DNA of 64,000 nucleotides, taken from a virus. Its lineage: Duplodnaviria > Caudoviricetes. Below, in pieces: positions 17,347 to 26,209 of the stretch. Position numbers and translations under genes: made by a program. The notes under the pieces were generated by a model. It did not search any database, was not told the origin of the DNA, and was given only the letters and a program-made list of their open reading frames with translations. The stretch covers positions 32,001-96,000 of IMG/VR virus record IMGVR_UViG_3300028887_000085. One strand, written 5' to 3'. Numbering within the stretch: position 1 is the first letter of the stretch; each line of letters begins with the position of its first letter.

Positions 17347-17697
17347 ATGGAAAAGAGCATATTGGAGATGGCGCGTGGTGCGATCACGGAGCGCGTTGAC
17401 TATGAGATGGGACGGGTGCTCCAGAACATCCTCGACCCCAACACCAAGGCCACGGCAAAGCGGAAGATTACGCTTACGGTGGAGTTCACGCCTGACGACG
17501 AGCGCCAGACCATCGACGTGAGCGTTACGGCGAAGAGCGTATTGCAGCCGACGGTTCCCGTGAAGACGGCGCTGTACGCGAGCATGGGCAGCTTCGGCGA
17601 CTTCGCGGTGGTGGAGATGACCCCGCAGATCCCCGGACAGACATCACTGGACGGCGACGAGCAGGAGCCCGCGCCGATCCTCAGAATTGCGAAATAA
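17347..17697 (+). CDS. Conserved phage protein (often annotated replication terminator)
   Basis: NILDPNTKATAKRKITL motif. Confidence 0.75.
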   Translation: MEKSILEMARGAITERVDYEMGRVLQNILDPNTKATAKRKITLTVEFTPDDERQTIDVSVTAKSVLQPTVPVKTALYASMGSFGDFAVVEMTPQIPGQTSLDGDEQEPAPILRIAK

Positions 17698-17710
17698 AAG
17701 GAGGCACACG

Positions 17711-18427
17711 ATGATGCTGAAAGAAGCAATCGAAAAGATCGAAGAAATGAGCAGCCCTATGGTCTATACGGAGGACGATCATTCCTACGTTCTTTACGCA
17801 GATCACACCGAGGAACTGCGTCCTGCCATCGACTCTCCGGATACGGTGAGGATCAACAGCTTGGACGCTTTGGTGCAGCTCGTGAAGAAAGAGCAGCAGG
17901 ACCGTCAGATTTTCGTCTCCGTCACCGGCCACGACGAGGTTGACGTATATGACTCCCCCAGTGAAGACTCCAGATGGAAGCGGAACGTCCTGTATAACGC
18001 CAGAGCCATTGACATCCCCGGCTGGGAGCCGGAGGTGCAGATGGGATTCGACCAGGCAGCCGTGGCGCTGATGACCCGCTTCCAGGACGGCGGCGACCGC
18101 GAGTATACGCTCCAGCTCCTGAGCCAGATTACCACCGGTGCGAAGGTGACGTACACGGACAACGGCGTGGCAAGCACCATCGTGACGCAGAAAGGCGCGG
18201 CGCTGGCGCAGAACACGACGATCAAGCCGCTGGTCAAGCTCCGCCCCTACCGCACCTTCCAGGAGATCGAGCAGCCTGAGGGCATCTTCCTTATCCGTAT
18301 ATCCGAGCGCGGAATCACGTTCCGGGAAGCGGACGGCGGCATGTGGAAGCTGACCGCCAGGAACACCGCAAAGGCTTGGCTTCAGGAGCAGCTTCAGGAC
18401 ATGCCGAACGTAACCGTGATGCTGTAA
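17711..18427 (+). CDS. Conserved phage protein (DUF2303/YfdQ-like partner of the upstream gene)
   Basis: DNGVAS..VKLRPYRTFQEIEQP..FREADGGMW. Confidence 0.75.
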   Translation: MMLKEAIEKIEEMSSPMVYTEDDHSYVLYADHTEELRPAIDSPDTVRINSLDALVQLVKKEQQDRQIFVSVTGHDEVDVYDSPSEDSRWKRNVLYNARAIDIPGWEPEVQMGFDQAAVALMTRFQDGGDREYTLQLLSQITTGAKVTYTDNGVASTIVTQKGAALAQNTTIKPLVKLRPYRTFQEIEQPEGIFLIRISERGITFREADGGMWKLTARNTAKAWLQEQLQDMPNVTVML

Positions 18428-18462
18428 GACATCGCTGACTGCCGGGAATAGACCGGCACCAT

Positions 18463-18532
18463 GCCGGACGAGGACGAGCGCAAGCCACAGGAGCGATACG
18501 CTGCAAGGGTTCGATTCCCTGGTCCGGCACCA
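18463..18532 (+). ncRNA. Degenerate tRNA-like element with ACCA end
   Basis: GCCGGAC/GTCCGGC-A-CCA, GGG-TTCGATT-CCC T hairpin, no normal D or anticodon arm. Confidence 0.5.
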
Positions 18533-18800
18533 GAGGTTCCGCAAGGTATAAGAGCCGGGGATAAGTCCTCTCCCCGGACGGTGGGCAAACCGTGATTAAA
18601 CCCGTTTTTTCTCCCTCCTCTGACAAGGGGGCCTCCCGGATGACTCGGACACGCCGGGGTAAAAGGAAAGAGCCGGGTGCGCATGGGGCTACAGGGAACG
18701 CTCAGAAACCATGCAAGAAAAGTGAGCGCCGGAGGGTGTGTCTCCTGACCACACGACAATCGGAATAGACCGATGGACAGCCCGGAGAGACGGGCATTAT

Positions 18801-18919
18801 GCCGGGGTAGCTCAGTAGGTAGAGCGCCTGCCCGATGAAGGTGGAGCTGTCACCGTTCGATTCGGTGAGCGTTTAACACGCGATGGAGCCTTGCGTGGGT
18901 TCGAGTCCCACCCCCGGCA
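18801..18919 (+). ncRNA. tRNA-like RNA with a large structured insert replacing the anticodon arm
   Basis: GCCGGGG/CCCCGGC acceptor, TAGCTCAGTAGGTAGAGC D arm, GTGGG-TTCGAGT-CCCAC T arm; 119 nt. Confidence 0.65.
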
Positions 18920-19372
18920 CAAACCCCGCAAGCGGCGGAGGAAGCGCGAGAAGCTGGATTCGTGTCTGCTATCCGGATAGCGGCGGCTTGTTAAGCCGTG
19001 AAACGCACGAGGGTCGGTGATAAGGCCAAGCGCGGCGGGGTGCAACGTCGGCAAGCAGGGGACATTAAATCCCTAGGCTACAGCGAGCGACGGGGACGTT
19101 CCTCGGTTCGCAAAAGTGGTGCAGGACCACACCGACGATAGCACCGGCAGACGTGCCGCCCGTGCGAGTCGGGCGCGAGGAGAGCGATAGATCGGCAGAA
19201 GATAAGTCCGAAGTTTGCGGGGAACGCCGATTCCTTTGCCCCGCAGTTCGGCACAATGGAGTCCACGCGGGACGGTCCCGCGAAGGTGTGCGAGAGTGGT
19301 TCGAGTCCGCTTGTCTCCTGGTTCGACTCCGGGGGGCGCATGGACTGCAATATCACCTTCCTCCATTTTTAC

Positions 19373-19446
19373 GCGGGTGTAGTTCAGAGGTAGAACACCA
19401 GCCTTCCAAGCTGGGAGCGCCGGTTCAAATCCGGTCACTCGCTCCA
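19373..19446 (+). tRNA. tRNA-Gly (TCC)
   Basis: Full cloverleaf, CCAGC-CTTCCAA-GCTGG anticodon arm, encoded CCA. Confidence 0.92.
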
Positions 19447-19768
19447 CGCCCGATTAGCTTCATCTATACAAAGCGTCCATAAAGAAGGACGGGATGAAGA
19501 CGGGCTTCCCCGTTCGACGGCGTACAACGACGGCGGGTGATGAATAGTGGCTGGCACCGGCCTGAGAATAGAAACGGATGCCACCCATGCGCGGGGGCAG
19601 GGCTGAAATGTTCCGTGGTGGAGAGGTCGTCCGAATCCGGCAAGCTCTGAGGGATATCGGAATGCGGAGAGGCAACGACGGGCAACGAATACGTGCGACC
19701 CGTGCGTGAGTAAGAGAACTGCCGGACGGGCGACCGATCCATTGTGTCGCAAAGGAGAGAAGAATCCA

Positions 19769-19990
19769 GTGGCAAAGAAATCAGCGCTTCCGGCGCTTGA
19801 ACCGTGCCCCGTCTGCGGGCGCGACGGTCAATCGAAAGACGTGATGCAGCCTTTCTCCCACGGTTGGGTCGGCTGCAAGGAATGCCAGAAGATCATCTAC
19901 TGGACGGGAAAAGGAAAACGGACGGCAGTTGACGCCTGGAACATAGGAGCAAGGAGAGAAGCAAATGGGAACCGGAAATATTCAACCTGA
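19769..19990 (+). CDS. Lar-like zinc-ribbon protein
   Basis: LEPCPVCG...VGCKEC...AVDAWN. Confidence 0.6.
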   Translation: MAKKSALPALEPCPVCGRDGQSKDVMQPFSHGWVGCKECQKIIYWTGKGKRTAVDAWNIGARREANGNRKYST

Positions 19991-20336
19991 AATCCAAGTC
20001 TTTGACAACGACCCGTTCGCAATGGTGTGGCAGGCGTACCGCAACCTTTATCCCGGTAGGCCGTGCCCGTCCGTCGAATGGTGCCATATCGACGATGCCG
20101 ACCCTGAGACCGGAAAAGCATGGGGATACACCGTATTCACCGACGACGGAGAGATCGCCGTTTTCGTCTCATGCGACATCAAGGTGCAGGACGCCGTGGA
20201 GATACTGGCTCATGAGCTGGCGCACGTCGCCGTCGGCGCGGAGGAAGATCACGGTGAGAAGTGGGAAGCGGCGTTTGAGGCAATCTTCCAGGAATACAAC
20301 CGGATCGGAGCGGAGCTGGCCGATGAAGAAGTGTGA
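19965..20336 (+). CDS. HExxH metallopeptidase-like protein
   Basis: EILAHELAHV...HGEKW. Confidence 0.75.
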   Translation: MGTGNIQPEIQVFDNDPFAMVWQAYRNLYPGRPCPSVEWCHIDDADPETGKAWGYTVFTDDGEIAVFVSCDIKVQDAVEILAHELAHVAVGAEEDHGEKWEAAFEAIFQEYNRIGAELADEEV

Positions 20337-20601
20337 ATTCTGCCAAGGGGACGGATTCATCGAAGACGAATACGGCGAGTGGAAGCTGGAAGCGATGAGG
20401 ATAGTTCCGCTTTCACCGCAGTCCCCATATTGGGCGCTCTTCATGAAGTATCTAGACGAGGACTTCACGGCAGGAGAAAAAGCCAGCTTCCCCATCAAGT
20501 TCTGCCCCATGTGCGGGATGAGCCTGAGCGAGAACAAAGTCAACGTCCTGATGAACGCAGAAGAGATGGCGACCGCGCTGAGAAGGAGAAAAACAAAATG
20601 A
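20323..20601 (+). CDS. Zinc-binding hypothetical protein
   Basis: CEFC...IKFCPMCG. Confidence 0.65.
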   Translation: MKKCEFCQGDGFIEDEYGEWKLEAMRIVPLSPQSPYWALFMKYLDEDFTAGEKASFPIKFCPMCGMSLSENKVNVLMNAEEMATALRRRKTK

Positions 20602-20963
20602 GCGGCTTATACATCAAGGGGATGAAGATGCCGGAGCCTGGAACGGTGCTGGATGTCAAAGTGTATAGCGATGGTCTTGTGACCGTGTGGGACAAAAAGA
20701 TTGGGTGGCTACATCATCATGCCATCCCCATCCCCGATGTGGTGGAGCGGCCCAGGTGGATTCCCGTGAAGGAGCGGTTGCCGGATGCCTACGAGGACGT
20801 GCTGCTTCAGTTCCCGAATAATCAGGCGGCGGGATTCTGCGACAGAGACGGCTGCTGGGGCGTTTATTCCGGTGACGGGTTCTATACCGAAGTTGCCAAC
20901 AACGAGCCGAAACCTACGCATTGGATGAAGAAACTGCCGGAGCCGCCAAAGGAGGAAACATGA
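20598..20963 (+). CDS. DUF551 domain protein
   Basis: WIPVKERLP...PTHWMKKLPEPP. Confidence 0.8.
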   Translation: MSGLYIKGMKMPEPGTVLDVKVYSDGLVTVWDKKIGWLHHHAIPIPDVVERPRWIPVKERLPDAYEDVLLQFPNNQAAGFCDRDGCWGVYSGDGFYTEVANNEPKPTHWMKKLPEPPKEET

Positions 20964-21322
20964 GCGTACTGATTAAGGGCATGGAGATGCCTGTCATCGA
21001 ACTTGAGTGGACAATACGGCACGGCGCTGACGGAAAATGGTACGCCATAGATACCAACGCCGAAACAACGGACGGAGAATGGCACGAAATCGTCCCCGTC
21101 CCGCCGCATGGGGATTTGATAGAACGCGACGCTGCCTATGACAAAATCGCGGAGCGGGAGGATCATATCGACTACTGCACTGAATGCGAGCACATCCGGC
21201 TTGTCCGTGGGGTTCCTTACTGCGGCATCAGCGGGAAACTCCTGCACCCCATGATGTATACGCCGATTGAGGGCGGCGGCAGCGGACCGGCACGGAACTG
21301 TGAGAAGCGGAGGAATACCTAG
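20960..21322 (+). CDS. Hypothetical phage protein
   Basis: MSVLIKGMEMP...PHGDLIERDA; AAGGAGG RBS. Confidence 0.7.
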   Translation: MSVLIKGMEMPVIELEWTIRHGADGKWYAIDTNAETTDGEWHEIVPVPPHGDLIERDAAYDKIAEREDHIDYCTECEHIRLVRGVPYCGISGKLLHPMMYTPIEGGGSGPARNCEKRRNT

Positions 21323-21323
21323 A

Positions 21324-22198
21324 ATGGCAATCATCACTTTCAAGGACGCGGACGGCGCGGAGCAGACTCTGGATACGGCGCAGAAGTTCAATACGGCGTA
21401 TCACGCGGATTGCCTTGAAGTCCTCCGTGCGATGCCAGATCAGTGCATCGACCTGATCGTGGCAGATCCCCCGTATGGGAGCGGCCTTACGGAAAACGGC
21501 GGATGTCAAGGGTGGTTTTCCAAATATCATCAAGACAGCACTGAGCACCGCAATCTGCGTGGCCGCTTCGACAAATACAACGACAGTTCACAAACTGTTA
21601 ATGTAGAGAGAGAGAGAGAGAGAGAAGCGCACCGGCGTACAACAGGTTCGGAAGTCCGGGAAGCAGATTTGAGAAGTACAAGCGTATCCCGGACGGGCGG
21701 GACACGGGCGGAGAAGTACGGAAAAAAATCATAGCGTGGGACGTGGCACCTGGAAAAGAAGTCTTCGACGAGCTTTTCCGCGTCTCACGCGAGCAGATCA
21801 TATGGGGCGGAAACTACTTTGAACTTCCACCGACGCGCTGTTTCCTGATCTGGAGAAAGCTGACAATCAGTGAAAGCTTCACGATGGCGATGGCTGAATA
21901 CGCCTGGACCAGCTTCAACGCGAACGCCAAGGTATTTGAATGCGCACCGCAGGGGAAGCCGGGCGACGATCGCTTCCATCCAACACAAAAGCCGATAGAC
22001 CTTTATCGCTGGATATACGGGCTGTTTGCGAAGCCTGGTATGACGGTCTTCGACCCTTTCCTCGGAAGCGGAAGCAGCCGCATAGCGGCGTATGAAGCGG
22101 GACTAAACTTCATCGGCTGCGAGATCGACCCGGTGTATTTTCGGAAACAGGAAGAGCGCTTCGAGCGCATGACGGATAACTACAGCATGTTCGACTAG
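21324..22198 (+). CDS. N4/N6 DNA methyltransferase split by a frameshift (possibly phase variable)
   Basis: DPPY in 21324-21734; HPTQKP and DPFLGSGS in the -1 frame to 22198; (AG)10 and A7 tracts between them. Confidence 0.85.
21605..21624 (+). repeat. (AG)10 simple sequence repeat
   Basis: Ten AG units read directly. Confidence 0.95.
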
Positions 22199-22201
22199 GG
22201 G

Positions 22202-22912
22202 GTGAAAACCATTATTAACGAAGCTATTTGCGGGGACTGCCTCTCCGGGATGAAAAGCCTTGCGGACAAGACTGTTGACCTCGCAATCGTTGACGCACCC
22301 TACGGTCGCAAAGAACACGGCGGGAAGTTCCGGGGACATTTCGTCCTGCAGAGGAATGGAGACCGTCTATATGTTTCCGACGCAGGTTACGAGAAAAAAG
22401 ACTGGGATTACGCTCCTGCGGGCGTGGAATACTTCCAGGAGATCATGCGCGTGTCAAAGGCACAGATTATTTGGGGGTGTAACTACTATCCCATCGTGTT
22501 CGGACCAGGCCGCATCATTTGGGACAAATGTAACGACGGATCGGATCAGTCGGACTGCGAGATCGCCTATAACTCGCTGACAGACCGCGTGGACATATTC
22601 CGGTATATGTGGCGCGGAATGATGCAGGGAAAGAGCATCGAAGAAGGAACCATTCAGCAAGGAAACAAAGCTCTCAACGAGAAGCGAATCCATCCATGCC
22701 AGAAACCCGTGAACCTTTACCGATGGATTCTTCGGACATACGCGAAAAAAGGATGGGTGATCCTTGACCCATTCCTGGGATCTGGAAGCTCACGAATCGC
22801 TGCATATGACTTTGGACTTGATTTCGTCGGTTTTGAGATCGACACAGCATATTATGCGGCGCAGGAAGAACGATTCAGAGCGTACACGGATCAGGCAAAC
22901 ATGTTCGTATGA
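22202..22912 (+). CDS. N4/N6 DNA methyltransferase (beta class)
   Basis: DAPY (variant of DPPY), HPCQKP, DPFLGSGS. Confidence 0.9.
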   Translation: MKTIINEAICGDCLSGMKSLADKTVDLAIVDAPYGRKEHGGKFRGHFVLQRNGDRLYVSDAGYEKKDWDYAPAGVEYFQEIMRVSKAQIIWGCNYYPIVFGPGRIIWDKCNDGSDQSDCEIAYNSLTDRVDIFRYMWRGMMQGKSIEEGTIQQGNKALNEKRIHPCQKPVNLYRWILRTYAKKGWVILDPFLGSGSSRIAAYDFGLDFVGFEIDTAYYAAQEERFRAYTDQANMFV

Positions 22913-22928
22913 AGAGAGGAGGCACAGC

Positions 22929-23846
22929 ATGGACGAGTTGGGAACTTGGGTGGCGATACCACGGGAAGAACCTCCTATGAAGAACATCTGTGTCAAAATC
23001 GGAGATGAAGGGCCGGACGGATCTATCATCAAAAACGGAGTTACCTTTACGTATCTCCAGCACGGCGACTGCCTGGAAGAAATGGCGAAACTCCCGGACG
23101 GAATCGTTGACATGGTGCTCTGCGACCTTCCTTATGGTCAGAGCAAGCTCCGCTGGGATAGCGTGATCCCCTTCGATCCGCTTTGGCAGCAGATCAACCG
23201 CGTCTCCAAGGAAAACGCAGCCGTCGCCCTCTTCGGCTCGGAACCATTCACCAGCGCTCTTATCATGAGTAATCCCAGGCAGTTCCGGCAAAAGCTGACG
23301 TGGCTCAAGACACGCCCCACGAACGTGTTTAACGCGAAGCGGCAGTTCATGAACTGGACGGAGGATATAGCGGTATTTTATCGCAAATCGCCCACCTTTC
23401 ACCCGCAGATGCGGACGGACGGTAAGTTTACCGGAGAGAAGAGGCAGCACACGCATACGGACCGTTCGGCGGGGATATTCCAGCAGACGGGAGAACGAGA
23501 GGGGTACGTCCACAAGGGAAACGGCGGTCTGTTTTACCCAAAGACCGTTCTGGAATTCTCCAATGTACACCACGGGAGTGAATGCTATCACCCAGTTCAA
23601 AAGCCGGTGGCACTTTTGGAATACCTTATCCGCACCTACACCAACCCCGGAGACTTGGTGCTGGATATGTGCATGGGTTCCGGAAGCACCGGCGTCGCTG
23701 CGGTTAGCACGGGCAGGAGCTTCGTTGGAATCGAGATCGACGAGGGGTACTACGAGACGGCAAAAAAGCGGATAGTGGAGAGGATAAACGGATCATGGAA
23801 CGTATCGAATTTGGATATAACCACGGTTTCACGCGGGGAATCCTGA
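22929..23846 (+). CDS. N4/N6 DNA methyltransferase (beta class)
   Basis: CDLPYG, HPVQKPVALLEYLI, DMCMGSGST. Confidence 0.9.
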   Translation: MDELGTWVAIPREEPPMKNICVKIGDEGPDGSIIKNGVTFTYLQHGDCLEEMAKLPDGIVDMVLCDLPYGQSKLRWDSVIPFDPLWQQINRVSKENAAVALFGSEPFTSALIMSNPRQFRQKLTWLKTRPTNVFNAKRQFMNWTEDIAVFYRKSPTFHPQMRTDGKFTGEKRQHTHTDRSAGIFQQTGEREGYVHKGNGGLFYPKTVLEFSNVHHGSECYHPVQKPVALLEYLIRTYTNPGDLVLDMCMGSGSTGVAAVSTGRSFVGIEIDEGYYETAKKRIVERINGSWNVSNLDITTVSRGES

Positions 23847-24034
23847 AAGTCAAGGAGCAGATCGACCGGAACATGGCCGATGACCTCAAACGGAATAAGG
23901 TTCGATTCAACGTGAAGTCGCTCGGAGAAATGCTTGACTGCATGATCGAAAACCGAGAACTGCTGCGGGACGACCCGCGAGCTTTCCTCCGATGTAAGAA
24001 AGGCGGCGGCTTTGAAGTCGTGATAGGGAAATAG
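23795..24034 (+). CDS. Hypothetical protein
   Basis: 79 aa, GAGG RBS. Confidence 0.65.
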   Translation: MERIEFGYNHGFTRGILKVKEQIDRNMADDLKRNKVRFNVKSLGEMLDCMIENRELLRDDPRAFLRCKKGGGFEVVIGK

Positions 24035-24049
24035 GGAGGATGATGTGAA

Positions 24050-24529
24050 ATGGGAAGCGTAGTTGACTCCTACTGTAAAGGCTGTAGGTATCTCGGAACG
24101 GTGTCCGGCGGAAAGAACTGCAACTATACCTACATCACCGGACACTCACGCGGCTGCCCAGCCGGTAAAGGCTGCATCCATCATACGAATCCTAAAGCTG
24201 TAGCCAGCTTCACGGAGAATCCCAAAGAGCCGAAGCCCTTGTATACGGAAAAGAAAAACAAGCGTCCCCCAGCGAGAAGCCCGGAGGAAGCCTACGAGCG
24301 AGAGAAAGAGCGGCGCAGGGAAGCCTCAAGGGAATTCCGTGAAAGGGCGCACGGCAGGCAGAAGGCCGTCATACTCGCCTACAAGGCGCAGACCGGTGAC
24401 AGCAACTACGAGATATCGAAGAAAATCGGAATCAGCGAAAGCTCGATCCAGAAGTGGATCACGGAATACAAGCCCGCCAACTGGGAGAAGCTGGCGATCA
24501 TAGGCGTTATGAAGCCGGAGGGACTTTGA
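24050..24529 (+). CDS. Cys-rich protein with C-terminal HTH
   Basis: CKGCRY..CNY..RGC..C; SNYEISKKIGISESSIQKW. Confidence 0.7.
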   Translation: MGSVVDSYCKGCRYLGTVSGGKNCNYTYITGHSRGCPAGKGCIHHTNPKAVASFTENPKEPKPLYTEKKNKRPPARSPEEAYEREKERRREASREFRERAHGRQKAVILAYKAQTGDSNYEISKKIGISESSIQKWITEYKPANWEKLAIIGVMKPEGL

Positions 24530-24530
24530 A

Positions 24531-25235
24531 ATGAAGCCAATTTATGAACCGAAAGGCGCAGCGAAGGAATACGGGGATTATGCCCTGAACATATACACAG
24601 GATGCCCCCACCGCTGCTATTACTGCTTCGCCCCCGGCGTCCTGCACCGGGATAAAGAGCAGTTCCACAGCCATGTGGAGCCGAGACCTGGAATCGTGGA
24701 CGAGACGAGGAAGCAGATCGAGAGAGAGCATATCACCGGGAAGCTCATTCATCTGTGCTTTGCTTGCGATCCATACCCCACTGGCTACGACAGCACACCC
24801 ACGAGAGAGATCATAAAGCTCCTGAAAGAAAGCGGGAATCACGTCCAGATTCTCACGAAAGGGGACGGTAGCCGGGACTTCGACCTGCTGGACGGAGAGG
24901 ATTGGTACGGTATAACGATCACCGGAAATGCGGTAAGCAAGAATGTGGAGCCAGGAGCAATAAACGCACATAAACGGCTCGCCATCCTCAATATCGCAAA
25001 GCTGCTCGGCATCAAAACATGGGTGAGTTTTGAACCAGTAGTAAATGCGGTTTCGGTGTTGCGTTGCATTAGCGGGTATCACACGTCTTTTGACCTCGTG
25101 AAGATCGGGAAGCTCAACTACCATCCGTCAAACATCAACTGGAAAGAGTTTGGGCAAGAGTCGGAGGCACTATGCCAGAGGGTAGGAGTCGACTACTACA
25201 TCAAGGAAAGTCTGCGGAAGGAGATGGAGAAGTGA
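24531..25235 (+). CDS. Radical SAM protein (spore photoproduct lyase-like phage family)
   Basis: NIYTGCPHRCYYC (CxxxCxxC), CDPYP, QILTK, WVSFEP. Confidence 0.85.
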   Translation: MKPIYEPKGAAKEYGDYALNIYTGCPHRCYYCFAPGVLHRDKEQFHSHVEPRPGIVDETRKQIEREHITGKLIHLCFACDPYPTGYDSTPTREIIKLLKESGNHVQILTKGDGSRDFDLLDGEDWYGITITGNAVSKNVEPGAINAHKRLAILNIAKLLGIKTWVSFEPVVNAVSVLRCISGYHTSFDLVKIGKLNYHPSNINWKEFGQESEALCQRVGVDYYIKESLRKEMEK

Positions 25236-25416
25236 AAGATATACCGCAGAACAACGTGGAACGGTCATACGATACAATCTCCAAGGTAGCAGACATGCTG
25301 GCGCTTTCTGGAGACGATAGTTCTGCGACCGTTGTCCTCCTTGGAGATATCGCCGTCAGTCTGGCCGTGATTGCGGACACTTTGATAGAAACTCTCAATA
25401 AGGGCGGTGAATCCGA

Positions 25417-25719
25417 ATGAGCATCTACATCCCGAAATACAAAGACATAGACGCAACTGTCATGCCGAATTGCCTCTGCGGAGATTCCGGAAAGAACCGC
25501 AACGAACGCGAGTGCAATAGGCGGGGAGGCTGCGCCGGGTGCGGCTTCGACAAGGCGGAGCACCAACGGAGGCTGATGCTCATACAGAGCGTCGGGCTGC
25601 GCCCCATCAGCGAGAAGCAGAAGAAAACGCTGAGGATCGAGTGGGGCATGAACACGAACCGCGACCTAGTGGGACTTCGTGTAGGGAAGAAAAGAGCAAG
25701 AAAAATAGAGTCCGGTTGA
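25417..25719 (+). CDS. Hypothetical Cys-containing protein
   Basis: 100 aa, last gene before a terminator. Confidence 0.6.
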   Translation: MSIYIPKYKDIDATVMPNCLCGDSGKNRNERECNRRGGCAGCGFDKAEHQRRLMLIQSVGLRPISEKQKKTLRIEWGMNTNRDLVGLRVGKKRARKIESG

Positions 25720-25740
25720 CGCCGGACTCTTTCTTTTCTC
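25708..25740 (+). terminator. Intrinsic terminator
   Basis: AGAGTCCGG-TTGACG-CCGGACTCT followed by TTCTTTTCT. Confidence 0.75.
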
Positions 25741-25783
25741 GTGAATCAATGGTATGATACCACCGTACAAAAACGGACATTTT

Positions 25784-26085
25784 CACACCAAATCCTACAC
25801 CAAATGCCGAAATACACCAAGAATTACACCAAGAAATGTTTCTAAAATGTCCAATAATATCCGAATATGCAACGTCAAAAACGAGGGAAATCGAAGAACA
25901 AAAAACGCAAAAAAGTACCGGATTTCCCGCAATTCTACGAAAAACCCGGCACTTTTTACGGCCAAAGGTGACTCCCCGCACATGCCGTGTGAACCCTCTT
26001 ATAACCTGCACGAAATGCAGGAAGAAAGCACGATATATCGTCATCTACGGGGTGTTTACACCAAGAATTACACCAAATACACCAA
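25784..26085. other. attP-like region with integrase arm-type repeats
   Basis: Seven YACACCAA copies in two clusters (25784, 25796, 25813, 25825; 26057, 26069, 26078), directly downstream of the integrase. Confidence 0.75.
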
Positions 26086-26209
26086 GGAAAATATCCGACA
26101 ATACCTCAGAATCAACAAGCGATTTTGTGGGAGTGTCATTCTTTCCTGTATCGTGGCGACTGCCCGTTTTCTTACTCTTGTGCAGGAAAATAAGCGCAGG
26201 TTAGAATGC

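Noticed and set aside
17304-19500. HDV-like theta ribozymes after tRNA 3' ends
   Set aside because: I could not build the nested double pseudoknot by eye; both canonical tRNAs already encode CCA
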